A DNA stretch of 64,000 nucleotides, taken from assembly GCA_965231215.1 (NCBI GenBank), contig OZ246423.1, positions 224,001 through 288,000 on the forward strand, in the 5' to 3' direction. This stretch comes from Candidatus Altimarinota bacterium. Lineage in GTDB: Bacteria > Patescibacteriota > Gracilibacteria > UBA4473. Made by a program: the position numbers and the translations under genes. The notes beneath the pieces were generated by a model. The model saw nothing but the letters and a program-made list of their open reading frames with translations, did not search any database and was not told the DNA's origin. Position 1 is the stretch's first letter, and each line of letters starts with the position of its first letter. Of the stretch, positions 48,397 through 60,090 are shown one piece after another.

Positions 48397-51300
48397 ATGA
48401 ATCAAAAATTCCCTCATCGGTTGCTGGTTTCACTGTGTGTCGTATCTTTCGTATTTTTTAATAACGCCTCCCTTGCTCTGGCTGCCCCTGGGGGAGTGCA
48501 GACTGATCTGGGGTTGTGGCTCAAGGCTAATGCCGGCGTCTTCTCTGACGCGGGGACAACCGCCGCCACCGATGGAGCGGAGATTCAGGAGTGGCAGGAT
48601 CAATCCAGTGCCGGTATTGACGCGACAGAAGCAACCAATAGTAATCAGAGGCCGACTTTTCAGAGCGATGCAGCTAACCTGGTAAATTTTAATCCCTCCG
48701 TTCTCTTTGATGGGTCAAATGACAGATTTTTGCTGGATAGCAATAGTATAGCCCTGGGAAACACGAGCTATTCGTTTCGCGCGGTCAGTACGGTAGGAAC
48801 CAATAGCAATGGAAACGCCATTCTCGGTAGCGCCGGTACCGGTACTCGAAAAAGTACATTATTAGAGCTTAACGCGGGGAGTCCTCCGCAGGTGTTTTCT
48901 TTCTGGCAGGCTACTAATTTGAGCGCGGATGCCACCAATGTTGACAACGATGATATTGTGATTGTAGGAGATAATTATGACAATACGGTCGGGCGAACGG
49001 TTTTTTCCAATGGTCTGCAAATAGGCTCAAACGCAAATACTAGTCATAGTGCGACAGATGGGCTCATAAAAGTAGGAGAGTTTTCTACTACTGGGAGTAC
49101 CGCTGACCGGTTTACTGGGCGAATGATGGAAGTTATCGCGTATTCGAATACTAAAAGTTCAACCGAACTTAATAGGATAGATGCTTATCTGGCGCTCAAA
49201 TACGGAATCACTCTTGATCAAGCGGTCGCCACCGCCTACTTAGCCAGTGATGGTAGTACCAAGATGTGGGACGAGACGGTCAATGCTACCTATAACAACG
49301 ATATCTTTGGTATTGGGCGTGATGACGGATCGAACCTAGATCAAAGAGTATCAAAATCTCTAAATGATGATGCCATCCTGACGGTAGCATTAGATAATGA
49401 CTTTACCAGTGCCAATAATGACGCCAGTCGTACTACAGCCTTTGGTAGTGATTTAAGTTTTCTGATGTTTGCCAACAATAATGGGGCGGCCACCTTTGCG
49501 GTAGCCGGCACTAACCAAGTGCTTGACCGCGTGTGGCAAGTCCAAGAAGAAGGGACGGTAGGCTCCGTGCAACTACAGTTTGACATGGATGACGCGGACT
49601 TTGATATAGCAACGCTAGACAGATACGAGCTACTGGTTGATACCGATAACGATGCAGACTTTAGTGACGAAACCCCTGTCAGTATGACCAATACTACGGG
49701 GAGTCTCTGGAGCACTTCCTTTGATTTTACTGATGGGCAGCTATTTACGGTAGCCCTTGGAAACGCCGCTCCAACTGACATCGCCCTTGATGGAGGTAAT
49801 AGCGATACGATTATTGAAAATACCGTGGCCAACACGGATATTGGTACGCTCACCACAACAGACTCTGATGTTGCAGACACCCATACTTACAGTTTGGCCT
49901 GTAGTGTGGCTGGGGCTGACGACAGCCATTTCGCCATTGTTGGGGATAAACTGCAAAATACGACTGTCTTTGATTATGAAACGCCCGTAGACGCTAACAC
50001 GGACAATAGCTATGAAGTCTGTGTTCGTGTCACTGATTCAGGAGTGGGCAATGCGACCTATGATGAAATTCTAACGGTGGTGGTTCAAGATATTGTCGAC
50101 GAAACTCCGCCCGTGATCAGTGAAACCACCCCGGTCGATACCCCTACGAATGATAGCACCCCAAGCTACACTTTCACTACCGACGAAGCCGGGACTATCA
50201 CCTATGGAGGTAGCTGTAGTAGTGCCACTACGGCGGCCGTAGTCGGACCAAACACCGTTGACTTTAATACCTTAGCGGAAGGCCCCTACACCGATTGTAC
50301 AATCACGGTTACTGATGCCGCTAGTAATGTGTCTAATCAAATTACCGTTAGTAGCTTTACGATTGATACAACGGCGCCAACGACGACCCCACCAAGTCCA
50401 GGAGTAACGACGCCGAGCTCAGGACCGGTGAATGCAACCGTGACCATTCCTGCCGGTAGTTGTGGAGCCGATTACGCAAACGGAACGGCCCTTTGGAATA
50501 CGAATCCAGCCGGACAAATTAATCCTCACCCAACCACGGTGAGTCTCGATGCCAGTGGAGACTACCCTCAAACGGTACTCGATACTTCTGGGTCTTCTGG
50601 TTCCTTTGATCTCACCTTAACTTGTACAGACCAAGCCGGAAACCCTGGCCCTACTCTCGATCCAGCTGTCGGTTCCTTTACCGCTGACCATGTCGCCCCT
50701 GTAATAGCTATTGATTCCCCTCTCATGGGAGATGATATCTTTAATGCCTCTGAAGCAGGAACGGTCACCATCAGTGGTTCCACTGATGCCGAAGACGGCC
50801 AAACCGTTGCCGTTTCCGTCGGCACCGTTAGTGGTAACACGACCGCCTCTTCTGGAACCTGGTCACTCGTCTTAGACCTCTCTGGTGAAGCCAACGGGTC
50901 TTTGGCCATAACCGCAGACGTCAGCGACATCGCTGGTAATGCAGCTACTCAAGCAACCGCTTCTATTACTAAAGATGCGGCCGCCCCTACTACAACACCA
51001 CCTACTCCTGGAGTAACAACCCCTGCGGTAGGGCCAGTCGGCCCAACCGTAACCATTCCTGCCGGTAGTTGTGGAGCCGATTACGCAAACGGAACGGCCC
51101 TTTGGAATACGAATCCAGCCGGACAAATTAATCCTCACCCAACCACGGTGAGTCTCGATGCCAGTGGAGACTACCCTCAAACGGTACTCGATACTTCTGG
51201 GTCTTCTGGTTCCTTTGATCTCACCTTAACTTGTACAGACCAAGCTGGAAACCCTGGCCCTACTCTCGATCCAGCTGTCGGTTCCTTTACCGCTGACCAT

Positions 51301-54300
51301 GTCGCCCCTGTAATAGCTATTGATTCCCCTCTCATGGGAGATGATATCTTTAATGCCTCTGAAGCAGGAACGGTCACCATCAGTGGTTCCACTGATGCCG
51401 AAGACGGCCAAACCGTTGCCGTTTCCGTCGGCACCGTTAGTGGTAACACGACCGCCTCTTCTGGAACCTGGTCACTCGTCTTAGACCTCTCTGGTGAAGC
51501 CAACGGGTCTTTGGCCATAACCGCAGACGTCAGCGACATCGCTGGTAATGCAGCTACTCAAGCAACTGCTTCTATTACTAAAGATGCGGCCGCCCCTACT
51601 ACAACACCACCTACTCCTGGAGTAACAACCCCTGCGGTAGGGCCAGTCGGCCCAACCGTAACCATTCCTGCCGGTAGTTGTGGAGCCGATTACGCAAACG
51701 GAACGGCCCTTTGGAATACGAATCCAGCCGGACAAATTAATCCTCACCCAACCACGGTGAGTCTCGATGCCAGTGGAGACTACCCTCAAACGGTACTCGA
51801 TACTTCTGGGTCTTCTGGTTCCTTTGATCTCACCTTAACTTGTACAGACCAAGCCGGAAACCCTGGCCCTACTCTCGATCCAGCTGTCGGTTCCTTTACC
51901 GCTGACCATGTCGCCCCTGTAATAGCTATTGATTCCCCTCTCATGGGAGATGATATCTTTAATGCCTCTGAAGCAGGAACGGTCACCATCAGTGGTTCCA
52001 CTGATGCCGAAGACGGCCAAACCGTTGCCGTTTCCGTCGGCACCGTTAGTGGCAACACGACCGCCTCTTCTGGAACCTGGTCACTCATCTTAGACCTCTC
52101 TGGTGAAGCCAACGGGTCTTTGGCCATAACCGCAGACGTCAGCGACATCGCTGGTAATGCAGCTACTCAAGCAACCGCTTCTATTACTAAAGATGCGGCC
52201 GCCCCTACTACAACACCACCTACTCCTGGAGTAACAACCCCTGCGGTAGGGCCAGTCGGCCCAACCGTAACCATTCCTGCCGGTAGTTGTGGAGCCGATT
52301 ACGCAAACGGAACGGCCCTTTGGAATACGAATCCAGCCGGACAAATTAATCCTCACCCAACCACGGTGAGTCTCGATGCCAGTGGAGACTACCCTCAAAC
52401 GGTACTCGATACTTCTGGGTCTTCTGGTTCCTTTGATCTCACCTTAACTTGTACAGACCAAGCTGGAAACCCTGGCCCTACTCTCGATCCAGCTGTCGGT
52501 TCCTTTACCGCTGACCATGTCGCCCCTGTAATAGCTATTGATTCCCCTCTCATGGGAGATGATATCTTTAATGCCTCTGAAGCAGGAACGGTCACCATCA
52601 GTGGTTCCACTGATGCCGAAGACGGCCAAACCGTTGCCGTTTCCGTCGGCACCGTTAGTGGTAACACGACCGCCTCTTCTGGAACCTGGTCACTCGTCTT
52701 AGACCTCTCTGGTGAAGCCAACGGGTCTTTGGCCATAACCGCAGACGTCAGCGACATCGCTGGTAATGCAGCTACTCAAGCAACCGCTTCTATTACTAAA
52801 GATGCGGCCGCCCCTACTACAACACCACCTACTCCTGGAGTAACAACCCCTGCGGTAGGGCCAGTCGGCCCAACCGTAACCATTCCTGCCGGTAGTTGTG
52901 GAGCCGATTACGCAAACGGAACGGCCCTTTGGAATACGAATCCAGCCGGACAAATTAATCCTCACCCAACCACGGTGAGTCTCGATGCCAGTGGAGACTA
53001 CCCTCAAACGGTACTCGATACTTCTGGGTCTTCTGGTTCCTTTGATCTCACCTTAACTTGTACAGACCAAGCCGGAAACCCTGGCCCTACTCTCGATCCA
53101 GCTGTCGGTTCCTTTACCGCTGACCATGTCGCCCCTGTAATAGCTATTGATTCCCCTCTCATGGGAGATGATATCTTTAATGCCTCTGAAGCAGGAACGG
53201 TCACCATCAGTGGTTCCACTGATGCCGAAGACGGCCAAACCGTTGCCGTTTCCGTCGGCACCGTTAGTGGTAACACGACCGCCTCTTCTGGAACCTGGTC
53301 ACTCGTCTTAGACCTCTCTGGTGAAGCCAACGGGTCTTTGGCCATAACCGCAGACGTCAGCGACATCGCTGGTAATGCAGCTACTCAAGCAACCGCTTCT
53401 ATTACTAAAGATGCGGCCGCCCCTACTACAACACCACCTACTCCTGGAGTAACAACCCCTGCGGTAGGGCCAGTCGGCCCAACCGTAACCATTCCTGCCG
53501 GTAGTTGTGGAGCCGATTACGCAAACGGAACGGCCCTTTGGAATACGAATCCAGCCGGACAAATTAATCCTCACCCAACCACGGTGAGTCTCGATGCCAG
53601 TGGAGACTACCCTCAAACGGTACTCGATACTTCTGGGTCTTCTGGTTCCTTTGATCTCACCTTAACTTGTACAGACCAAGCTGGAAACCCTGGCCCTACT
53701 CTCGATCCAGCTGTCGGTTCCTTTACCGCTGACCATGTCGCCCCTGTAATAGCTATTGATTCCCCTCTCATGGGAGATGATATCTTTAATGCCTCTGAAG
53801 CAGGAACGGTCACCATCAGTGGTTCCACTGATGCCGAAGACGGCCAAACCGTTGCCGTTTCCGTCGGCACCGTTAGTGGTAACACGACCGCCTCTTCTGG
53901 AACCTGGTCACTCGTCTTAGACCTCTCTGGTGAAGCCAACGGGTCTTTGGCCATAACCGCAGACGTCAGCGACATCGCTGGTAATGCAGCTACTCAAGCA
54001 ACCGCTTCTATTACTAAAGATGCGGTGGCACCAACGACGACCCCACTCCCAACTACCCCAACAGCGACAGGGGTGGTTACCTCTCCAACAGCCATTGCAG
54101 GAAGTTGTGGTCTTGAAGCCGCCAATGGGACGGTGTCATTTACTACTACTCCAACTGGAGGACTTAATCCTGATCCGCAGGTACTTACACTAGACGGCAA
54201 TGGTGATTATAGTGGTACGCTCTCATGGGATGCCGGTAGTGATGGCAATAGCTATAGTCTCGATGTGACTTGTATTGATGCTGCCGGTAATATAGGGCCA

Positions 54301-56544
54301 ACAACTGGAGTGAGTCCTATAACCTCAGATTTAAGTGAGCCTACTCCACCAGTAGTATATCCCATCACTACGACGACCAACCCTATTAAAGGAACCAGTG
54401 AACCAGGTTCTGTTATTAATGTATCACCATTGACCTGTGATAATGCTCCTATAGTGACTGATACTTCAGGAAATTGGAGTTGTGATGTGACTTCATCTCT
54501 ACCAATCGCCGCGTTAACAACCATAGATGTGACCGCCACTGATTCAGCCGGGAATGTCAGTGATCCAACAATGACCACCGTAGTTGACCCCACTACAACG
54601 ACCGTACCACCAACCGTCGAGCCTACTGATGGAGATCCTGTAACCGGTACCGGAGAACCGGGGGCCCTGATTACCGTTAAAGACAACTTGGGAAATATTC
54701 TCTGTCAAACATCCGTTTTCCCAAACGGCACTTTCATCTGTAGTCCGGTCAGTCCGGCTCCAAGTCCTGGAGATACCCTTGAGGTGACTCAAAATATAGC
54801 TCCGAACGGCGAATCAGCGCCAACAGAATTGATGGTTATCGATCCAACAGCGGTTGTGTTACCGCCTACCGTCAGTCCAACCGACGGAGATGTAATAACC
54901 GGAACGGCAGAGCCAAATGCTACGGTGCGGATTATTAATCCAACTTCGGGACTAACGTTGTGTACGGCTACGGCGGATGGATCCGGGAACTTTAGCTGTG
55001 ATCTGAGCCCAGACCTTACTGATGGACAAACCGTCAACGTCACCGCCACCGTAGATGGAACCTCTTCATTGCCAACTACTATTACGGTTGATAGTAGTGA
55101 TTCTGATGGAGACGGAATAGATAATACTGATGAGATAGGGGCCATTAATGGCGGAGATGGAAATGGTGATGGGATGCCTGATGATGAACAAACCTCAGTC
55201 ACCTCTGTCATGAACCCCGTTACTAGCCAACCAGTCACTATGTCAGTCACGGGCGGAAACTGTCGTGTGATTGATGGTTATGATGTCGAGTTTGAAAGCG
55301 CTCAAACTACTCAAGATAGCGCCTTTGATTACCCGATCGGGCTGTTTGATTTTGAGCTTTATTGTACTAGCGTCGGGCAGAGCACAGACGTAACGTTCTA
55401 TCTAGATAAAGAGTACGATACCACGGGATGGGTCTGGAGAAAGATCAATCGGAGCGCGGGAGTTTATAGCACTTTTAATGAAACAGTTACCTATGGAACC
55501 GCCACTATAGGCACTGATACGGTGACAACCGTAAATATTGTAGTAGCGGACAATAATAGCGATGATGAAGATGCTACAGCTAATGCTCGTATTCTTGATC
55601 CCTCTGGACCGGCTTTGCCAGCACCTACTAGTTCCGGCTCCGGTGGTGGCGGAGGCAGTGCTCCGATTCGTCATATAATTACTATGTGTAGCTATGACAC
55701 AGGGAAGTGTGAAAATATTTTCCCTACGGGAAATGATGAAACTTATAAAACGTACCGAAAATGTTACCAGTCTGGGGTTAAGTCTGGGATAGAATGTGCT
55801 ACCGAATGGGCATTGGCCAAAAACTACGTAGCAGTAGAAGATTTTGCACCAGCCACCGATCAATCACAATCTAACGCTGAAGAGAGTTCCGCTTTGGTTC
55901 CAGAAGAAACGAAAACCGTCATTAGTGATGATAATCTTTGTGAAACCGTCATCTACCGACGTTATCCAGGCCGAAGGGGTGTTGGGGTCTCTGCTAATAT
56001 ATTTGGGGATACCCTTGAGACCCATTTAGCTTACCCTTACCTGGTAGACCTAAATGAACAAAACATTGTAAATGGTGACGCAAAAACCGGTAATGCTCGG
56101 TTGGATAATGAAATTAGTCGGGCGGAAGTGATGAAAATCATGACTATAGCTCGTCAAGATTCAATGAAGCAGGGAGAATGTGCTGAGTTAACCAGGTTCC
56201 CAGATGTTAATACAGGAGCTTGGTATCACCACTTTGTCCAAAACATGGAACAGCAAGATATAGTGCATGGGTATGGTGATGGCCTCTACCGACCTGGTAA
56301 AAACATTATTAAAGCCGAGATCTATAAAATTCTAGCCCTCTCCTTTGGCTACATTACCTATGATGAAGCAAATCAAATAGCGGTTGAACGTGGCGTTGAA
56401 TGGTATGTCCCTTATATTGAGGCTTTAGGAAAAAATATTGCTGTACCAAACGCCATAGCTGAGGCTGAACCGGATAAAGTGATGACTAGAGGTGAAGCCT
56501 TTACCCTGCTCTCATTAGTACTCAAAAACATTGACGGTCTCTAG
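48397..56544 (+). CDS. Giant surface adhesin (2715 aa): LamG-like, cadherin-like and Ig-like repeat domains, C-terminal SLH domains
   Basis: Signal peptide; LWLKA..G lectin-type N-domain; FDYE cadherin-like motif; DxAGN Ig repeats; ISRAE, FPDV...WY, TRGE SLH motifs. Confidence 0.88.
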   Translation: MNQKFPHRLLVSLCVVSFVFFNNASLALAAPGGVQTDLGLWLKANAGVFSDAGTTAATDGAEIQEWQDQSSAGIDATEATNSNQRPTFQSDAANLVNFNPSVLFDGSNDRFLLDSNSIALGNTSYSFRAVSTVGTNSNGNAILGSAGTGTRKSTLLELNAGSPPQVFSFWQATNLSADATNVDNDDIVIVGDNYDNTVGRTVFSNGLQIGSNANTSHSATDGLIKVGEFSTTGSTADRFTGRMMEVIAYSNTKSSTELNRIDAYLALKYGITLDQAVATAYLASDGSTKMWDETVNATYNNDIFGIGRDDGSNLDQRVSKSLNDDAILTVALDNDFTSANNDASRTTAFGSDLSFLMFANNNGAATFAVAGTNQVLDRVWQVQEEGTVGSVQLQFDMDDADFDIATLDRYELLVDTDNDADFSDETPVSMTNTTGSLWSTSFDFTDGQLFTVALGNAAPTDIALDGGNSDTIIENTVANTDIGTLTTTDSDVADTHTYSLACSVAGADDSHFAIVGDKLQNTTVFDYETPVDANTDNSYEVCVRVTDSGVGNATYDEILTVVVQDIVDETPPVISETTPVDTPTNDSTPSYTFTTDEAGTITYGGSCSSATTAAVVGPNTVDFNTLAEGPYTDCTITVTDAASNVSNQITVSSFTIDTTAPTTTPPSPGVTTPSSGPVNATVTIPAGSCGADYANGTALWNTNPAGQINPHPTTVSLDASGDYPQTVLDTSGSSGSFDLTLTCTDQAGNPGPTLDPAVGSFTADHVAPVIAIDSPLMGDDIFNASEAGTVTISGSTDAEDGQTVAVSVGTVSGNTTASSGTWSLVLDLSGEANGSLAITADVSDIAGNAATQATASITKDAAAPTTTPPTPGVTTPAVGPVGPTVTIPAGSCGADYANGTALWNTNPAGQINPHPTTVSLDASGDYPQTVLDTSGSSGSFDLTLTCTDQAGNPGPTLDPAVGSFTADHVAPVIAIDSPLMGDDIFNASEAGTVTISGSTDAEDGQTVAVSVGTVSGNTTASSGTWSLVLDLSGEANGSLAITADVSDIAGNAATQATASITKDAAAPTTTPPTPGVTTPAVGPVGPTVTIPAGSCGADYANGTALWNTNPAGQINPHPTTVSLDASGDYPQTVLDTSGSSGSFDLTLTCTDQAGNPGPTLDPAVGSFTADHVAPVIAIDSPLMGDDIFNASEAGTVTISGSTDAEDGQTVAVSVGTVSGNTTASSGTWSLILDLSGEANGSLAITADVSDIAGNAATQATASITKDAAAPTTTPPTPGVTTPAVGPVGPTVTIPAGSCGADYANGTALWNTNPAGQINPHPTTVSLDASGDYPQTVLDTSGSSGSFDLTLTCTDQAGNPGPTLDPAVGSFTADHVAPVIAIDSPLMGDDIFNASEAGTVTISGSTDAEDGQTVAVSVGTVSGNTTASSGTWSLVLDLSGEANGSLAITADVSDIAGNAATQATASITKDAAAPTTTPPTPGVTTPAVGPVGPTVTIPAGSCGADYANGTALWNTNPAGQINPHPTTVSLDASGDYPQTVLDTSGSSGSFDLTLTCTDQAGNPGPTLDPAVGSFTADHVAPVIAIDSPLMGDDIFNASEAGTVTISGSTDAEDGQTVAVSVGTVSGNTTASSGTWSLVLDLSGEANGSLAITADVSDIAGNAATQATASITKDAAAPTTTPPTPGVTTPAVGPVGPTVTIPAGSCGADYANGTALWNTNPAGQINPHPTTVSLDASGDYPQTVLDTSGSSGSFDLTLTCTDQAGNPGPTLDPAVGSFTADHVAPVIAIDSPLMGDDIFNASEAGTVTISGSTDAEDGQTVAVSVGTVSGNTTASSGTWSLVLDLSGEANGSLAITADVSDIAGNAATQATASITKDAVAPTTTPLPTTPTATGVVTSPTAIAGSCGLEAANGTVSFTTTPTGGLNPDPQVLTLDGNGDYSGTLSWDAGSDGNSYSLDVTCIDAAGNIGPTTGVSPITSDLSEPTPPVVYPITTTTNPIKGTSEPGSVINVSPLTCDNAPIVTDTSGNWSCDVTSSLPIAALTTIDVTATDSAGNVSDPTMTTVVDPTTTTVPPTVEPTDGDPVTGTGEPGALITVKDNLGNILCQTSVFPNGTFICSPVSPAPSPGDTLEVTQNIAPNGESAPTELMVIDPTAVVLPPTVSPTDGDVITGTAEPNATVRIINPTSGLTLCTATADGSGNFSCDLSPDLTDGQTVNVTATVDGTSSLPTTITVDSSDSDGDGIDNTDEIGAINGGDGNGDGMPDDEQTSVTSVMNPVTSQPVTMSVTGGNCRVIDGYDVEFESAQTTQDSAFDYPIGLFDFELYCTSVGQSTDVTFYLDKEYDTTGWVWRKINRSAGVYSTFNETVTYGTATIGTDTVTTVNIVVADNNSDDEDATANARILDPSGPALPAPTSSGSGGGGGSAPIRHIITMCSYDTGKCENIFPTGNDETYKTYRKCYQSGVKSGIECATEWALAKNYVAVEDFAPATDQSQSNAEESSALVPEETKTVISDDNLCETVIYRRYPGRRGVGVSANIFGDTLETHLAYPYLVDLNEQNIVNGDAKTGNARLDNEISRAEVMKIMTIARQDSMKQGECAELTRFPDVNTGAWYHHFVQNMEQQDIVHGYGDGLYRPGKNIIKAEIYKILALSFGYITYDEANQIAVERGVEWYVPYIEALGKNIAVPNAIAEAEPDKVMTRGEAFTLLSLVLKNIDGL
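50443..54025 (+). repeat. Intragenic 609-bp (203-aa) tandem repeat, about 5.9 copies
   Basis: Units start at 50443, 51052, 51661, 52270, 52879 and 53488 and are nearly identical. Confidence 0.97.
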
Positions 56545-56784
56545 CATTCTCATCCAACTAAGAAGACTACTACCAAAAAGGCTCCCGAATTACTTAATGA
56601 TTCGGAAGTCTTTTGATTTTTGAAAAAGTGGAGCCTTTTTTTATTAGTATCTCACCTCAAAAAAAGAATCAAAATCTACTGAGATTTACATACACAATCA
56701 TAAATTAAAACAGGGTTATCCGCTCTTTTAATTTACTTTCTTTTTTACTTTATTTTACTAAAAACAGAGTGAACCTTAAAAAAA

Positions 56785-57603
56785 ATGAACTTTATCGCCG
56801 ATCCTATCCTAATTGCCTTCAGCCTCACCCTTTTTGCTGGTCTTGCCACTGGTATTGGAAGTTTATTAGCCTTCGCCGCTAAACCAACCAATGACAAATT
56901 TTTGTCTATAGCGCTTGGATTTTCTGCCGGGGTTATGCTGTATGTCTCCTTTGTAGAGATTTTTGTAAAAGCTCGAGCTTCACTTTCCGAAGCCACAGAT
57001 GAAACGACTGGGTACTGGCTAGCCACTATTGGATTTTTTGCAGGGATGATCATTATTGCCCTGATTGATAAGTGTATAGATTATGATCATGGAAATCCTC
57101 ATGAAATACACGATCCCAAAGAAATGGACAGTCAACAAGAAAAGCGCAAGCACAGGCTTTTACGCATGGGACTTTTTACAGCCCTTGCCATTGCGATTCA
57201 TAACTTCCCTGAGGGGCTTACAACCTTTTTAGCCGCTATGGAAGATCCCGCTTTAGGTGTCGCTATCGCTATCGCTATTGCGATTCATAATATCCCTGAA
57301 GGAATTGCGGTTTCTATTCCCATCTACCATGCAACCGGAAGCCGATTAAAAGCTTTCTGGTATTCTTTTGCTTCTGGAATCGTAGAACCTATAGGCGCTG
57401 TTTTAGGATACTTTTTATTGCTTCGGTTCTTTAATGATCTTACCTTCGGCATAGTCTTTGCCGCCGTTGGAGGCGTGATGGTCTTTATTTCGCTCGACCA
57501 GCTTTTACCAACCGCCAAAAAATATGGGGAACACCATCTTTCTATTTATGGTCTTATGGCCGGAATGAGCATTATGGCCTTGAGTTTATTGTTGTTTTTA
57601 TAA
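56785..57603 (+). CDS. zupT: ZIP-family zinc transporter
   Basis: [37 protein letters not shown]. Confidence 0.93.
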   Translation: MNFIADPILIAFSLTLFAGLATGIGSLLAFAAKPTNDKFLSIALGFSAGVMLYVSFVEIFVKARASLSEATDETTGYWLATIGFFAGMIIIALIDKCIDYDHGNPHEIHDPKEMDSQQEKRKHRLLRMGLFTALAIAIHNFPEGLTTFLAAMEDPALGVAIAIAIAIHNIPEGIAVSIPIYHATGSRLKAFWYSFASGIVEPIGAVLGYFLLLRFFNDLTFGIVFAAVGGVMVFISLDQLLPTAKKYGEHHLSIYGLMAGMSIMALSLLLFL

Positions 57604-58662
57604 AATGCCTGAACTCCCCATACCAAGCAATCCAACAATCAAACCCACCGTTCCACATACACCTCCCAAAAGCCAGAACCGCATAACTACCTGAGTTTCA
57701 GACCACCCTTGGGCTTCAAAGTGATGATGAATTGGAGCAATGCGAAAGAGCTTTTTCTTAAATCGTTTTTTCCAGAAAAGCTGCAGTATTACGGAGATCG
57801 TTTCAAGTACAAAAATAAATCCAACAATGGCTAGCACCAGGACGGCATTAGTCAGCATTGCGATTACCCCTAATGTAGCCCCTAAAGCTAAACTCCCCGT
57901 ATCTCCCATGTAGATAGAAGCCGGAGGCACATTAAACCACAAAAACGCTAACAAAGCCGCTACCACAACCAAACAAAACGTGGCCAAAATCGGTAGACCT
58001 GCAAAATACGCAATCACTCCAAACACTCCATAAGCAATGGCCAAGAGTCCTCCAGCCAAACCGTCTAAACCATCGGTTAGGTTTACCGAGTTAGACACCC
58101 CCACTAAAATAAAAATAAACAGCGGAAAGTACCAAAACCCAATATCAAAGTCCCCTACTCCTGGCACATGAATAATCGACCACTCGAGCCGAAACACAAA
58201 CCACGCGGCGCCTACCACCGCAAATAACACCAACGTCCAGAGTTTAACTCGAGCCGATAGTCCCTTTTGAGCCGATTTTTCAGTGATGTTTAAATAATCA
58301 TCCATCACCCCAAGAGCTCCAACACAAATTAATGTCGCTAGAGGTAAATACGTTTCTCCGCGGTTAAGCAACGAATGATCTACAAGCCCAAAATAAGCCA
58401 GCACCCGAGAAATTAACACCGTCATGACCACCGCCAAAATAATCACTATACCGCCCATTGTGGGCGTGCCAGCTTTATGAGAATGCAGTTGAGAAAACAG
58501 TTTAGCCACCCCTCCCGAAAGCCCTTCAGAACGAATTTTTTGGGTTAACTTATAGTTAATAACAAACCGTATAAAGTAGGGAAAAAACAATACCGCTAAC
58601 AAAAAACTACACAGCCCATAACTGAATATATAAAACAAATTTTCTACGTGAAATGAAACCAT
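57598..58662 (-). CDS. mraY: Phospho-N-acetylmuramoyl-pentapeptide transferase
   Basis: [36 protein letters not shown]. Confidence 0.96.
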   Translation of the reverse strand: MVSFHVENLFYIFSYGLCSFLLAVLFFPYFIRFVINYKLTQKIRSEGLSGGVAKLFSQLHSHKAGTPTMGGIVIILAVVMTVLISRVLAYFGLVDHSLLNRGETYLPLATLICVGALGVMDDYLNITEKSAQKGLSARVKLWTLVLFAVVGAAWFVFRLEWSIIHVPGVGDFDIGFWYFPLFIFILVGVSNSVNLTDGLDGLAGGLLAIAYGVFGVIAYFAGLPILATFCLVVVAALLAFLWFNVPPASIYMGDTGSLALGATLGVIAMLTNAVLVLAIVGFIFVLETISVILQLFWKKRFKKKLFRIAPIHHHFEAQGWSETQVVMRFWLLGGVCGTVGLIVGLLGMGSSGIL

Positions 58663-58704
58663 ATTTTGTTACTGTTATTAAATTTTTTAAGGGAAAAACA
58701 CAAA

Positions 58705-60027
58705 TCATTCTTCACAAATTTTTACCTCACTTTCCCACCTGCCAAACGCTAAAAATATAAAAATAAGTATCGCCAAAGGCGTCATATCCAAAATGGTGGC
58801 AAAATTCATTAACAACAAAAACACACTCGCCATACAAATCCAACGGAATGAAAACTTCAAATACAAGCTCCCCCAAAACATCACGGCTAAAAATAAACCA
58901 AGCCCCCCAAGCTGAGCAAAATAATCCACAAATACATTTTCAGCAATAGGCGCTTTATCATTATTATTGATCGCTAAATTTTTGGCTCTAGCCGCTGGCC
59001 CTAGTTCTCCTAAATTTCCAGTAACTGGATTTTCTAATCCCATATAAAAAGCCTGTATAGGTCTTGTAATATGATCTGAATCACTTATTCGAACAATTTT
59101 TTTGTTCAAGAAAGAAATATCCCCAGCAATAGGTTCTGAAAAGCCCAGTTTTGTCATAGCCAAAACACACACTAGCATCAACCAGACTACTACCCACGAC
59201 TCTATTTTTTTAAGGGATCCTCCATCAAATTTTACATATCGCCAAAACAGATTCGCTACTATCAAAAGCCCCGCCCCTAAAATTCCGGCTCGTGATCCAC
59301 TCTGAAAAATCCCTAACCCCAGAATCATAATAACGCCCCAGTCAAACCACTTAAACCTCCTAATAAAAAAGCACTGCACAAAAAGAGCTAAAAGCAGTAT
59401 ATGCGCAAATTCCACTGGACCAGAGGCCCCTCCCTGAATACGGATAAAACCTTCACTTGTCTGATGATACAAAGGCAAAGTCTGCCCTGGAACCCAAGAA
59501 GAAATTGTCTGGGAATAAAAATTTTTAAGTACTTCAAACCCACCTAAAAACTTTCCCCACAACCCAAAAATTGTGGATAAAACCGTACTCCAGACAAAAA
59601 ATGTGGAAAACTTTTTGAAGAATCTACAAAAATTTTTATGCCCACTTTTTCCAGGTTTGAGCAAACTTTTACAGATTAGATTGTGCAATACAAAGGCAAA
59701 AAAGCCTAATCCCAAATACCGGAAAGCCACCGCCGAAGTATAAGGATCAGCCTTTAAAAAAACCAATACACTTCCCCACCCTAAAAACAGTAAAGCCCAA
59801 AAATCAGGCGTCCGAAATAGCCGCCCAAAAGTCAGCTCATTTTGGCGGTTTTTAACGCTTGAATTTAAAAAATTCGACATATACCCCCACCCCACCAAAA
59901 TACCAAGCGCTAACAAAACAATTTCTTTCCAAAACCGAAATCCTTCCGGAAAAAAAACCGTAATCATACCATGCCAAGGCAATCCCAAGGCTAAAAGCAG
60001 GCACAAAGACTGAGTAAATTTAAACAT
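58705..60027 (-). CDS. O-antigen ligase/polymerase-like membrane protein
   Basis: Many TM segments; RIQG..SGP, SRAG, ENVF..YFAQLG. Confidence 0.65.
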   Translation of the reverse strand: MFKFTQSLCLLLALGLPWHGMITVFFPEGFRFWKEIVLLALGILVGWGYMSNFLNSSVKNRQNELTFGRLFRTPDFWALLFLGWGSVLVFLKADPYTSAVAFRYLGLGFFAFVLHNLICKSLLKPGKSGHKNFCRFFKKFSTFFVWSTVLSTIFGLWGKFLGGFEVLKNFYSQTISSWVPGQTLPLYHQTSEGFIRIQGGASGPVEFAHILLLALFVQCFFIRRFKWFDWGVIMILGLGIFQSGSRAGILGAGLLIVANLFWRYVKFDGGSLKKIESWVVVWLMLVCVLAMTKLGFSEPIAGDISFLNKKIVRISDSDHITRPIQAFYMGLENPVTGNLGELGPAARAKNLAINNNDKAPIAENVFVDYFAQLGGLGLFLAVMFWGSLYLKFSFRWICMASVFLLLMNFATILDMTPLAILIFIFLAFGRWESEVKICEE

Positions 60028-60090
60028 ATTTGTAACTATGATAACATAATTTTCTTGAATGAAAATTTGCAAAGTTTTATGGTGAATTTG

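Noticed and set aside
50568-53975. Repeated antisense ORFs of 120, 61 and 102 aa
   Set aside because: They are shadows of the 609-bp repeat on the opposite strand of the adhesin gene.
50443-54025. Diversity-generating retroelement template/variable repeats
   Set aside because: No reverse transcriptase is nearby and the few differences are not adenine-specific.
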